This document shows, in pieces, positions 1 to 12,444 of a DNA stretch of 64,000 nucleotides. The translations under genes and the position numbers were made by a program. Under the pieces are notes generated by a model. That model made no database searches and was not told the origin of the DNA. It worked only from the letters and a program-made list of their open reading frames with translations. The stretch is from assembly GCA_024679065.1 (NCBI GenBank), contig JAGIQG010000002.1:117862001-117926000 (forward strand), read 5' to 3'. Origin of the DNA: Sphyrna mokarran. Lineage: Eukaryota. The first letter of the stretch is position 1. Every line of letters begins with the position of its first letter.

Positions 1-1322
1 GCTACAGTGTCTATCGACATTTACTTTTTCATAAGCAGTTTGTTGCTGGCGGAGAGCTTTGGGATATACTGAGAATGTGAAAGGTACTATATAAATGTAC
101 ATTTGTCTATTGTTTAAGATTGCTGTGCCAGCTATTTAATTTCAAACTGACCTCCTCCCTTCATTGAGTTCCAGCGCTGGAAAATGCAACAAATTTTCCA
201 TTTACTTCATCATTGTTGAAACAACTGTTGTAGGGCAGCATAAAAAAATCCCTTCCTATGTTCTAATCTACTGCCATTCATAACGTTTACAAAGAATGGC
301 ATCGAAATAGCAGAGTATTAAGCATTGAGAACATGTAGTGAGGAGAACCTTTAGAAAACATGAGAAGTGGTGATATATAAATCCAAATCTTTATTACTTT
401 CCCTTCTCTTTGTTTCCTCTTCTATCATCCGTTTTTAATTTTTATTTTTCAGTTGTCAATATTTCCTGGTATTGCAATTCCTGGTTCTGTTGTATTTTAG
501 TGAACATTCACCCTGTGCAATTGGATTTGGATAAGACAGTACAGCACTATTAAAAATACAGCCAAACAGAAGCCTGTGTCAAGGAGGTTCATATGACTGG
601 CTGGATATTGTTAATTGTATAGAGTTAATGTAGTGGTTATGGGCACCTGGGGACCTGACAATACACAACAGACGCTGATGAAATGTTTATGTTCTTAGTA
701 AATAATTCCGACTGAGCAATTCTTTGTTCGTTCTCCAAAGACCATTTACAGCCCCAAAAAAGTAGTCGGCTGCTGTTCAGCTGTTAACTTGCAAGGGTTG
801 TATGTCACTAGCTGCTGTGTTCAATTGAAACAGGTGGTCTTATAATGGGACAGTGAGTGGGTACTCACTTCATTTTGTTTTCAGTGAAGAAATGCCTTAA
901 CAAAAGGCTTGTGTTTAATGTAGCTGTACACCTGCTCAGTGAGTCTATTGGGTAAAGAGAGCTGAGTCCCTGGCCAGAATTTTCCAGCCCCTCCCGCTAG
1001 CAGGATTTCCCATCCCTCCAAAGTCAGTGGACTTTTGGAATGACTTGTCGGTTTGGAGCCAGATAATCCTAGCCTCTGATTCTCCTAAAGAGGGTCAAAG
1101 AATCAGTGTAAAAACTTAATTTACAAAAACCTGCATGGATCATTCCTCAAAGAGGCAACATTTGATAAACTAACACCCTTGCTGGTTATGTTGTACAGAT
1201 TATGGCATTAAATCTGTGATTTCGTATTGGATATCTCCTTATACAAGTGGAAGTTCCCAATGACTGGCATTCTGCATTCTAGAAAAATCCTTACCACATT
1301 TTCTAATTATTTTTGTATGTTA

Positions 1323-3235
1323 ATGGATAGCTATAGATTAGCTAGGAAGGAGGTAAAAAGTGAATTGAGGAGAGCTAAGAGGGGACACGAGAAGATGTTG
1401 GCGGATAGGATTAAGGAGAATCCTAAAGCTTTCTTTCGATATGTTAAGAATAGAAGATTGGTTAGGGCAAGATTAGGGCCAGTCATAGACAGCAGTGGGA
1501 AGTTGTGCGTGGAGCCTGAAGAGATTGGTGAGGCACTGAATAAATATTTCTCTTCGGTATTCACGCAGAGTGCTGGACATGTAGCTATGGAGAACACTGA
1601 GGTACAGGGTTGCAAATTGGGAAGTATTGTAGTAGATAGGGAGGATGTGTTAGAAATTCTCGAGGGTTTGAAGTTGGATAAGTCCCCTGGGCCGGACGGG
1701 ATATACCCTAGGATTCTCTGGGAGGCAAGAGAGGAGATTGCAGAGCCTCTGGCTCTGATCTTCAGGTCCTCGTTGGTTACGGGTGTTGTTCCGGAGGACT
1801 GGAGGATAGCGAATGTGGTCCCATTGTTTAAGAAGGGGAAGAGAGACCTTCCAGGGAATTATAGGCCAGTGAGTCTTACTTCTGTTGTGGGCAAGGTATT
1901 GGAGAGAATTATTAGGGATAGGATTTAGTTATTTAGAGAGAAATGAATTGATTGGGGATAGTCAGCATGGTTTCGTGAAGGGTAGGTCATGCCTTACTAA
2001 CCTCATTGAGTTTTTTTGAGAAAGTGACCAGAGAGGTGGATGGGGGTAAGGCGGTTGATGTAGTATATATGGACTTTAGTAAGGCTTTTTATAAGGTGGC
2101 CCATGGAAGACTTCTACAGAAAATGCAGATGTGTGGAATAGAGGGTGATTTAGCTAATTGGATTAGAAATTGGCTGGCAGATAGAAGACAGAGGGTGGTG
2201 GTTGATGGGAGATATTCATCGTGGAGTTCGGTGACGAGTGGTGTGCCTCATGGGTCTGTTTTGGGGCCCCTGCTGTTTGTAATTTTTATAAATGATCTGG
2301 ATGAGGTATTGAAGGATGGATTAGTAAATTTGCAGATGACACTAAAGTCGGTGGAGTGGTAGATAGTGAAGAGGGGTGTTATAGTTTGCAGAGAGACTTG
2401 GACAAGTTGCAGAGCTGGGCCGAGAGGTGGCAAATGGAGTTTTATGTGGAAAAGTGTGAGGTAATGCACTTTGGCAGGAACAATAAATGTGTAGAGTATA
2501 GGGCTAATGGTAGGGCTCTTAATAGTGTTGAGGAACAGAAGGATCTTGGTGTATGTGTCAATAGATCCTGAAAGTAGGCAGTCAAGTGGATAAAGTTGTT
2601 AAGAAGGCTTATGGAGTCTTAGCTTTTATTGGTAGGGGGCTTGAATTTAGGAGCCGCAGCATCATGTTGCAGCTGTACAAAACTCTAGTGCGGCCGCACT
2701 TGGAGTATTGTGTGCAGTTCTGGTCGCCACATTATAAGAAAGATGTGGAGGCATTGGAGAGGGTACAGAGGAGGTTTACTATGATGTTGCCTGGTATGGA
2801 GGGCAGGTCCTATGAAGAGAGGTTGAAGGATTTGAGGTTGTTTTCGTTAGAAAGGAGGCGGCTAAGAGGGGATCTTATTGAAGCATATAAGATGATTAGA
2901 GTTTTAGATAGGGTGGACAGTGATAGCCTTTTTCCTAGGATGGAGAAAGCTAGCACGAGGGTACACAACTTTAAATTAAGGGGTATGAGTTATAGGACGG
3001 ATATCAGAGGTAGGTTCTTTACTCAAAGAGTGATTAGGGAGTGGAATGCCCTGCCTGCAGCTGTTGTAGATGCGCCAAGTTTGGTGGCGTTTAAGAGGTT
3101 AGTTGATAAGTATATGGATGAGAAGGGAATGGTTTAGTTAGGGGGGGCATTGCTTTTTATTTTGGTCGGCGCAACATCGAAGGCCGAAGGGCCTGTTCTG
3201 TGCTGTATTGTTCTATGTTCTATGTTCTATGTTCT
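1323..3235 (+). mobile_element. Young 5'-truncated CR1-clade LINE (ORF2 reverse transcriptase half + 3' UTR + (TTCTATG)n tail)
   Basis: ORFs 1227-3137 give CR1 RT motifs ([52 protein letters not shown]) split by small indels. Ends in TTCTATG repeats. Nearly identical to the minus-strand copy at 51841-55893. Confidence 0.95.
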
Positions 3236-3291
3236 GAAATTGTTTCAGTAAAATTTCAATATCAAGCATTTAAATTGTAATTGTACAGGAT

Positions 3292-3695
3292 GTCAGTCTT
3301 GGCAATGTGGTACCACACTACTTCAAGAATTCTTGTGTTCAAATTCTCAGGCCAGACACCTGAACACATTTGCAGTAATGAGGTGGTAGATGCTGCCATT
3401 CGGATCCGACATTAAGCTAAGGCCCCATCTGCTCTCTTAGGTGGTTGAGGAAGATCCCATGGCATTCTTTCAAAGAAGAACAGGAAAGTTGGCCGCTAAT
3501 TATCTCACAGCTAGCATAATTAAGAGATTAAACTAATCTTATTACTGTTTATTGGGGCTTGCTGTGCAAATTGGTTGACCCGTTTCCTACATTATAACAA
3601 TGACTACTTCAGAAATATTTATTTGGCTATAAAGTGTTTTGGAATGTCTAAAGATTGTGAAAGGTGATATATTATTGCCAATGTTATCTTTCTTA
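3292..3695 (+). mobile_element. Old DeuSINE/SacSINE1-like SINE
   Basis: Contains AGGCCCCATCTGCTCTCTTAGGTGG...GATCCCATGGCA...CAAAGAAGAACAGG, GCTTGCTGTGCAAATTGG and a TGTGAAAGGTGATATA tail, as in Deu-domain SINEs. Recognised by eye. Confidence 0.6.
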
Positions 3696-3759
3696 CTTTC
3701 CTTCATCTTACTATTTTATTACTAAGTTGTTTGTGCTGAGGTTTATTTCCACGGCTACG

Positions 3760-4464
3760 GTGCAGTTTTTGGATGCCTGAGGAACAGGGTATTCGAAGAC
3801 TGAAGCCTCAAATGCAACACCAAGCTCAAGGTTTACAGAGCAGCTGTGGTTCACGCCCTTCTACATGCATCGGAAATATGCACAATTTGCAACGGACACC
3901 TCAAAACCCTGGAGCGATCACCAATATTGCCTCCGCAAAATCCTGCAAATCCACTGGCAGGATAGGTGTATCAATGTGAGTGTCCTCTCCCAGGCCAGTA
4001 TGTAAATGTTGAGGCATTAGTTATACTCGGCCAGCTGCAATGGGCAGGCCACGTTGTCCACATGCCTGACACAAGACTCCCAAAACAAGTGCCATACTCC
4101 AAGCTCTGCAATGCCAAGCTAACACTACAAGTGAACTCTGAAAGCCTCCTTGAATAAACACAATAACCCCTTCAACACGTGAGAATCATTTGTCTTATAG
4201 AGTACAGACAGGAGAAGAAGCATCCGTAAAGATGCCAATCATCTCAAGTGCCACCAGGTGGAGCACACAGAGATCAAGCATTATCAGCAGAAAGAGAGTA
4301 TAGAATTCAGAGCATCCCATCCACCTCGCTCATCAAACACCCCTCGCTAAACCTGTGGCAGAGTCTGCGACTGTAGGATTGGACCATTCAGCCACCACAG
4401 AACCTATCTCCCTTGAGTGGAAACAAGTCATCCTCAACCCTGAGGGACTGCCAAAGAAGGAAAG
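3760..4464 (+). mobile_element. Degenerate RTE-clade LINE 3' fragment
   Basis: Translation QLQWAGHVVHMPDTRLPKQV resembles the RTE C-terminus. Ends ...GTCATCCTCAACCCTGAGGGACTGCCAAAGAAGG. Confidence 0.75.
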
Positions 4465-5482
4465 CTTTCATTAATCCCTCCCCTATACCTACTCATAGTC
4501 CTCCTTAATCCTGAGCTAGAGGGAGAAATCACAATAGGTAGAGCTGTACAGTTGAGATTGTGCATATCTGTTCATTCTAATAGGGTCTCCATTGTTGGAA
4601 TGTTGATTGGTGCTCTATTGCCCTTGAGGCACTGAACTCAACTATAGTATACTTACCTAGGACGTGATCAACTTACTCAATATAGTCCAGAGATGGTACT
4701 TATTGCTTAGCAAACTAATAGTTATTCCTGTTCACTGTGCTATTTGGGGGTGTGGGTAGGAATTCATGGACAAGAGGGAAACCTGGCAAGTCCCTTGCTC
4801 AGGCCTTGGATGGAAGAGGTATGTTGGACACTCGTTGTCTTCCTCCACCCAAATGCCCCCTTCTTTCCTGGCTCTGTCATCAAAATCCCTACACACCTGC
4901 TTATCCACCCATTGAGTCTTCAGTCCCCTCTCTTCTGCTCCCTAGTAGGAAATCCCACTCTTACCTGATCTAGTGGACTTCTGCACTCAGTTTGTTGGGA
5001 CTGCTTGCAATCCCAGCAATGACGATGACTCCTGATGGCACTGCTGGGGCTACGTATCTGTCAGCTAGTAGATTTACTGACAGCTCTCTGAGGCAGGTCT
5101 CTTTTCCATATGAGAGGCAGAAGGCCCACCTCCAGCCAATTAACAGTCCCCAGCGCATCAAATGGCTGCAGAGCAGTCTCTTTAGGTGGGAAGTGTAAAA
5201 ACAAAATGCAAATGGAGTTTGTGTGAATTGTTCCACTCTGTTCCTATTGCACACTGTAGGTTACAACAATTTCAACATTATAATCTAGCTAAACTACAGC
5301 TGCTGACTCAATTCACCAAACATAATTTTGGTGTGATTGTGAATCAAACTGCTGAGGGCTTCCAATGTATTGGAATGGAATGGGCTTAACTAATGTACAA
5401 GAGAACAGTGCTGAGGAAATCCAGTGTATTGGCAACCACATGAGAGAGATGTTTATATATTGTAATCAGGTTATGGCTCCAT

Positions 5483-6385
5483 GGGCCCAATTTTTGTCAT
5501 TAAGTCGTGCCTGTTTTCAGACACAAAAACTTGGTAAAGTCAGGCATGAAGTGAGTAGCGCAATACGTGTCTGTCTCCCTATTGGTTCCCCTTTACCAAG
5601 GCCCGAAAATGGCACAATCAGGACCATGCCCAAAATGGGCACAACGGTCATGTAATTGTATTTTAATTTATTTAATGGGCCGCCTGCCCAACCTTACTGG
5701 CACTTTTCTCTTTACGACCATGTTCGCCCATTTAGAATCAGCACGAAAGAGACATGCTCCACAAAAATCCAGTTTGGGCTTTCCAATTAATGAGGAGGTA
5801 AATGCCATGTATCCAACGGCTCTCTGCTGGGTGGGTGGATCTGAGTGCTTGAGATCGGTTAGGGAAGGGAAGTCTGCTGCCACTCCGCCTGAGATCAGTG
5901 AGGGGGATGGGGGAATACTCTGACAGCGATCTACTTGAGATCAGTTGGGGGAGGTGAAGGGGAGTCTGCTGCCACTCTGCCTCAGATCAGTGAGGGAGAA
6001 GGGGAAGTCCGCTGCCATTCTGCCTGTGATCAGTGAGGGAGGAGGAGCGGTCCACTCCCACTCTGCCTGTGATCAGTGGTGAGGGAGTGGAGGGATAGGA
6101 GGATCAGTAATGTTATGGAATAGGGCAATGTCAGGGGGTGGCATTATCTGGCCTGGGAGCAATGTGGTAGGGGAGCTGCATTTTATCTTTTTTCTCTGCA
6201 CATGTGTAGTTGGAGGTGCCGATTGGAGCTACAGGATTTCAAATGCATTTACCCCACTTACAAGCTTCTGCAGTGTGATTCAGAACTGGTGATATTTTTT
6301 CAGGCAGAATGTTTATGGGGGTGCCTGAGAACGGGTCTAAAAGTCAGATCTGAAACACTCCCGGTTTTACGCAGCACTTAGAATC
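5483..6385. mobile_element. GC-rich non-autonomous DNA-transposon-like element with internal ~40-bp tandem repeat
   Basis: Begins GGGCCCAATTTT. GC-rich body resembles 21660-22570 and 28770-29455. Contains repeats of GGGAAGTCTGCTGCCACTCTGCCTGAGATCAGT. Confidence 0.4.
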
Positions 6386-7491
6386 ATATCTCATGGGTTT
6401 GGTGATTTGCTGTCCTAGCAACTGAAGTGGCTTGGTGATCCATCTAGTAAAAGTTTTCTGATGGAATTTCTAGTAATATAACCAGGGTTGTGGTAAGAGG
6501 TGGTGGAAATGCTTTCTATGTGCGTGTCTCCCCTGACAATGGAGAAGGCACATTCCAAATCTTCTCACCTATCCACAGGAGAGAAGAAATTGCAGAAGGA
6601 CATGCGAAGGAAATGTAAATGTCAAATGAAAATAAATAACTGAGTATATATATTTGGAATCTAATGTGTCATGAAACAAATCAACAGTTGTAAGTTTTAC
6701 ATTTGGTAACTTTCAATGTATGATTCCAAAGAAATGGCTTTAATTTACATACAGATGTATCAGATGCAGTACATATCCTTGACTATATGATGTAAGAAGA
6801 GCATATCAGGTCCAGTCCACCCCTCTGGGGGCCTCCTAAAATTCTTACAAATAACAAATTAAATGACAGCTACTGTGAGCACAGAGATCAGTCTGGTGAA
6901 CTGTGGGTAACAGCTGTTGCAAACACAAACAGCTGAGGTAATCCTGTAAAGCTACGGCTTTTGCAGATGACGGTACACAGTCGCCTGATAAGCCCTAACT
7001 ATTCTTTCTATCAGGGCCTTCAATTGTTACTCAGCCTCAGGCACAAAGCTCTGATTTCTACGCATCAGGGGCTTTTAGTGAGCCAATGAGAGACATTGAT
7101 GACTGCTGCCTACATGGTAACTCCCAGCAAGTTCCTGACTGGGCACTTGCAGCTGACTGGCTGATAGTTACTTCACCTGACACCCAGCACACGTCTGTTT
7201 TAAATTAGTTTTGACACCGAGAGGAAACAAATCCTTTGGTAGAAGCAAAAGGGGATCTGGAGGCGGAAGGGTTGACATGTAGCAAAAACTGGATTAAAAA
7301 TTCTTAGGGCTTTGAACATCAAGAACCTGTAGGAGTCCTTATACCACCCCTTACCAGCACACTCTTCCCACACATTATAGCACAAACATTTAAGTAAAAT
7401 GTAACAAGATGTGAGTTTATAGAATATCTATGCACTGTATGTAGAAAATTGTATCAAAATGCTATTACATTAAGTAAATTTGTGAGGACCC

Positions 7492-7697
7492 CTCATTTCT
7501 CGACCTTTGGGCTAAGATCAAGCGTAGAATCAAGTGTCTGATGAAATGTAATGCCTGTTCTTCTCAGCTTGAATCTAGTACATCTCCTTTGTGCTACTAT
7601 GAATTGGATTCAATTTGAATTTGAATTTGTTTTTTGGAGGTAACAAGGAAATGGATTATGGGCTTGCCCAGTTCATTCTGCACACTGGCTTTGTAAC
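7492..7697 (+). pseudogene. U2 snRNA-derived sequence (near full length, with internal insertions)
   Basis: TTCTCGACCTTTGGGCTAAGATCAAGCGTAG matches the U2 5' end. CTGTTCTTCTCAGCTT, TTTTTGGAG (Sm-site region) and GGAAATGGATTATGGGCTTGCCCAGTTCATTCTGCACACTGGC follow colinearly with U2. Confidence 0.75.
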
Positions 7698-8190
7698 TGA
7701 GATAGGAATAAAATTTTAAAATATATACACATATATAGGGACCCCATAGTAAGTCTTCTAACCACATGCCCAATTAGTCCCTGCATTAATTCACCTGCAC
7801 AAAGTTTCATTACAAACAGTTTGCATTTATATAGTGCCTTTAAAGTAGTAAAAATATGCCTAAGTGCTGTCCAAAAAGATAATGTGACAAAGTTTGACTT
7901 CAAACTGTGCAAAGTAGTGTTAAAATATGTGACCAAAAGCTTGTTTTAAAGAGCAACTGAAGAAAGAGAGAGGTGGAATTCCAAAGCTGATAGCTCTGGC
8001 AGCTGAAGGTACAACCACCAATAGTACAATGATTAAAATTAAGGAATCACAAGAGGCTAGAAGTGGAGGAGTATAGAGGACTGGAGGAAGTTGCAAAAAG
8101 AGAGAATGGATGAGGCCAGGGGTACTTTGAATACACCAATGAGGACTTTAAAATCAAGGTGTAGCTTAACCAGGAATCAGTGTGTTACAT

Positions 8191-8555
8191 GGGCAGCACA
8201 GTGGTTAGCTGTGCTGCTTCATAGCTCCAGGGACCTAGGTTTGATTCCCAGCTTGGGTCACTGTCTGTGTGGAGTTTGTACATTCTCCTTGTGTCTGCGT
8301 GGGTTTCCTCCTGGTGCTCAGGTTTCCTTCCACAGTCCAAAGATGTGCAGGTTAGGTTGATTGACCATGTTAAAATTACCTCTTAGTCCTGAGGTGCGTA
8401 GGTTAGAGAGATTAGCGAATAAATGTGTAGCAATATGGGGGGGGGGGGGGGGGGGTAGGTGGTAGGGGTAGGGCCTGGATGGGATTGTGGTTGGTGCAGA
8501 TTCGAGGGACCAAATGGCCTCTTTCTGCACTGTAGGGTTTCTGTGATTCTGTGAT
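8191..8555 (+). mobile_element. HE1/V-SINE (tRNA head, V domain, CR1-like tail)
   Basis: GGGCAGCACAGTGGTTAGC head, GGTTTGATTCC B-box, TGTGTGGAGTTTGTACATTCTCC...GGGTTTCCTCC V domain, AAATGGCCTCTTTCTGCACTGTAGGG tail. Confidence 0.9.
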
Positions 8556-10509
8556 ATCAGCGAGATCGGGCATAATGATGAACAGTACTTGATAGGAGTT
8601 GGAATACGGGCAGCGTAGTTTTAGATGAGCTCAAGTTTAAGTATTGAAATAGCTGACTATGGATGTAACTATGATTCAGTAGCAGATGTGCGGAGATAGG
8701 AATGGAGACAGGCTATCAAAAATTGTTGGTTGCTTCAGAATTTTTGTATCATAGAGCCCTGTCTTGCTTAATTATTTAAAATTCGTGCCTGTAAAGACAC
8801 TTCTGTTTTAATTGTACAGATTTGTTATCTTTTCTTTACACATGGAACTATTTATGCATTAGTTATAGGATTTGTCTACATATACAATAATTCAACTTGA
8901 ACTGTTTCATTTTGAGCCATAGGAAACTCAAAAATAAATTGAAAAGGAGAATCTCCAGACACACCATCCTCACTTGGAATTACATCACTGTTCTTTCACT
9001 GTCACTGGGTCAAAATCCTGGAAATGCCTCCCTAACAACCATGTGGGCTACCTACCCACACAGAGTGCAGCGGTTCAAGGGCAGTTAGGGATGGACAATG
9101 AAAATGTTGGCCTCGTCACTGATGCCTAAATCAAATGAAATTTTTTTTTTTAAATAAATGCTAGTTATGTGAGCGTCATGTTAACTTGCACTTAATAACT
9201 GACCTATTAAGCTAGGTCCTGTGTTGCACCAAAACAAAAGTACTTTCATACAGGCCAAGACTCCATGAGGAATGACTAATTTGATGATTAGTTTTAACAA
9301 GTATTGTATATTACTTGTATAAATGTAATGCAAGAATGTGGTGAACTTATTAAACCCAATTTGTCTACAACAATTACACCGCAACAATTTGCTAAGACTT
9401 CTTGACAGTACCTCCTAAACCTGCAACACCTGGAAGGATAAGGGCAGCTGGTGCATTGAAATAGCATCACCTCTTAATGTTTCTACTAAGTCGCAAACTG
9501 TTTCTTTATCATCTTTGGGTCAAAATCCTGGAACTCCCTAGTTAATAGCCCTGTTAGAGTATCTGCACTGAATTGCACTGATCAAGAAGAAATCTACAAC
9601 GACCTTTTCATGGGTAATAAAAAGCTGTCCCATGGTCAGTGTCTATCAAAGCCTGAGAATTAATATGTTAATAGAGGAAAGTTCCTTTGGGGGGTGGGGA
9701 GTGTGCAGGGGGCATCATATGTTTAGTAATCATTTTCCCAATAACTAGTCCTTAATACGTTAGTTTGTTAGTTGATTTTTTATGTTTTTACTTAAGATTC
9801 TTTGCTTTATAACCAACTCATGAGGATGCTTCCTCAATCTCTTTTACTCCTGATAGTTTTATTCATTACCAAAACGCTTGATTGCCCAAATGCTCACTCT
9901 ACCTATGTCACAAAGCATTTCCACAAAACTGTGTCTTCACAGACGTCAGTTTCACTCATGCATTGTGTTTTATTTTAAATTATGAGATAGACAGCAGTGA
10001 ATTAGTTGATGGCTGGTGGCTGCAAGGTAACTAGGCATCACCACTTGATTTGTTGCATATACAAAATAGCAAGCTTGAGATCATTTGGGCCTTTGGCCTG
10101 CTCTGATTTAGTACGATCATGGTTGCTATTGATATTGGCCTTAGTGCCACTTTCTTGTCTGCTACTGCCAACCCCGTCCATAACTCGTAACTGCCTTGTA
10201 GATCAAAAATCTGTCTAACAAATTTAATTGACAGATATCTCCCCTGCCAGTATATCACTTGCTTAAAAATGGAAGTGATTGCAGCCTGGAGTAGCAGCTG
10301 GAAGATACTACAAACAAACTTTAATTGACACAGATGTGGGGAACAGGGCATTTATGAAAGGAAACAGTGCTATGATTTCTTTTGCATCTGTGCAAGAGGA
10401 CAGATGAAACATCAGTATAATGAATGGGATTTTCCAAGTATGCTCTCTTTGAAACCAGAAAATCCTGTCTGAGGTCAATGGAGGGGCGGAACGAGAAAAT
10501 TCGCCCCAA

Positions 10510-10650
10510 TATCTCATTCAAAACATGACACTTCAGACAGTGCAGCACTCCCTCAGTATCACACTGGAGGGTCAGCCTAGATTGTGTGCACAAGTCTCTG
10601 GAATGGGATTTGAACACACAGCTTGACTCAGAGGTGAGAGTGCTATCTTT
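10510..10650 (-). mobile_element. DeuSINE-like SINE 5' head fragment
   Basis: Reverse complement gives TAGCACTCTCACCTCTGAGTC...GTGTTCAAATCCCATTCCAGAGACTTG...CTGAGGGAGTGCTGCACTGTC. Confidence 0.6.
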
Positions 10651-11800
10651 AGGTGAAAGTAGTGATTAAAACAATTTCTTTCAGGTGTTTTCTCTGCAAA
10701 TTGCATCAAAAAGTAAGATACAAAATGTAGTCTTGTGCATGGTGGTTCATTCAAGATTCAGTCTGTGCACTATGGTGATAAGTCACTGACTGGCCTTTTC
10801 TCCAAAATCGGCAGAGATGGATGTTGGGTGGGAAAAGCAGCATTGATGCCATGGAAGGAAAAGGCAGCTTTCTCTGCCATATAGTGCAGGACTTAGAAAA
10901 GTAAACTTGAAATCTGGGTTCCGTAACGTAAAGCTGGCAGGGCACACTCTGACTCACCTACTGGATTAGCAACTCAGATGATCCAGGGTACCATTTTTAA
11001 AGGCTGCCCCAGTACATAGCAAACAAATCAATTAACCCAGGTGCACCCTTGCAGCCCCTGACACTACCCTGCCATCATGCTACCAGTACCATGGCAAGAC
11101 CTACTGGGCACTCACTTGAGTTCTCCTGGGAGTAATGTTTGCCTGGAGCACATCTTCAAAAACCCATGGGATTGCATGTCATTTTGCCATTGCATCTTCA
11201 TGGATGGATTTTTTTCATGTGGGCGGGCATATGGATCTGATAATATGTAAATTTATCATAATGATGTTCCTGTTGTTGAACATCAAAATACGCAGTATGT
11301 CACTGATGTGAGGGAGGGGACAATCATGTCATGTTTTTATGCCGATGAAAAATGTGACTTTGCACTTCTTGCAATATTTTCCATTCCCATCACCGGACCC
11401 TTCCAACAGTAGTGGAATGTCCCAGTCACTGTTACTGCAGACTCTGGCAGAAAAACTGGGGAAATGGGAAGCGAAAGAGGAGAGGGCATAGAAAGTGGTC
11501 ATGAAAATTGAGAAACCTGTTAAAACAAAGTAAAGAATTATGAATCACCAAACAATTTCAAGTCCAAATCACTGATTCAGTACTGACTAAGCATTCCTTG
11601 ATTGAAGTACATTTACTGTCTAAATTCAATTTTCTTTAGTGGGGTGGTGAGAACAAATTATTTTGCAGAACATCAGTTTGCTGAAGTGAAAATGAAATGA
11701 AGATGCCGTGCGGTCATTTTAGGATGAATAATGAACGGTCGAGTACTAAATGTCATGCTGTTACAAAGGAGCTGGAAGTTTGTCCTCTCTATGTTTTCAG

Positions 11801-11966
11801 GGCCTTGCTGCATCTAGACCATCTTGTGGACCTTGTCCCCCACCTCCACCTCCTCCCCCTCCTGGGCCCCCTCCAGTTCTACTGTCGGAAACATCAAAAG
11901 ATGAGGCATCTGAGGCACGTTCCCAACTCTTCGCTCAGCTTAATCAAGGAGAGGGAATCACTAAAG
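11801..11966 (+). CDS. CAP2: CAP2 internal exon (proline-rich P1 region and start of WH2): GLAASRPSCGPCPPPPPPPPPGPPP...SQLFAQLNQGEGITK
   Basis: TTTTCAG acceptor, GT donor at 11967, phase 0 to 1. LFAQLNQGE.ITKG is the CAP WH2 motif. Confidence 0.95.
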
Positions 11967-12231
11967 GTGGGAATATCAGCATAATTATCATTATCTTCAC
12001 ATGATACTGGGGATCGGGATTGTCAGATGTTATCAGCAATATTTTGTTATTACTTTGGATACTGCAGATTTACAAACAAGTATTTTAAGTACGTTCTCGT
12101 TCAAAAATAGATCATTTGTAGCTGTGTGACTCCATTCTGTTGTTTTAAATGGTAGTTTGCGGAACCACGGGTATGTTAACAAGCCACTCAATTTAATGTG
12201 ATGCCCGTAATAAAAGAGAGTCCTACAAATG

Positions 12232-12430
12232 CTGGAGGTTTGAAATAAAAGCAGAAAGTGCTAGAAAACCTCAGCCAGTCTAACAGCATCTGTGAAGAGA
12301 GAAACAAGAGTTCACAGCCAGGTCTCGTACACCCCATCACCACTTCCAGCATAACTGGAGAATCCCAGCCATAGGGCAGATTGGAGAATTCCAGTCCATG
12401 TTTCGAGTCCAGTATGATGCTTCTTCAGGA
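12232..12430 (-). mobile_element. Penelope-type pseudo-LTR remnant with degenerate hammerhead motif, interrupted by a short insertion
   Basis: Minus strand reads CTGAAGAAG...GGACTCGAAAC, then an insertion, then ...TTTCTCTCTTCACAGATGCTG...CTGAGGTTTTCTAGCACTTTCTGCTTTTATTTC. Same family as 13093-13200 and 49497-49685. Confidence 0.55.
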
Positions 12431-12444
12431 TTCTTGAACTATAA

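Noticed and set aside
5855-6080. CRISPR-like repeat array
   Set aside because: Vertebrate DNA, degenerate adjacent units without unique spacers, and no cas genes.
7492-7697. Functional U2 snRNA gene
   Set aside because: Substitutions and an insertion disrupt the branch-point pairing region (GTAGTA); no evident PSE or 3' box.
8191-8260. tRNA genes (also at 13532)
   Set aside because: These are A/B-box heads of SINEs continuing into V domains and LINE tails; no cloverleaf.
8437-8455. Poly-G tract as a functional G-quadruplex
   Set aside because: Homopolymer expansion inside a SINE; length unreliable and no other support.
1-11800. Preceding CAP2 exon (expected ...HVDWV...HTTGL.WSK)
   Set aside because: Not found by eye; probably upstream of the window, so not annotated.
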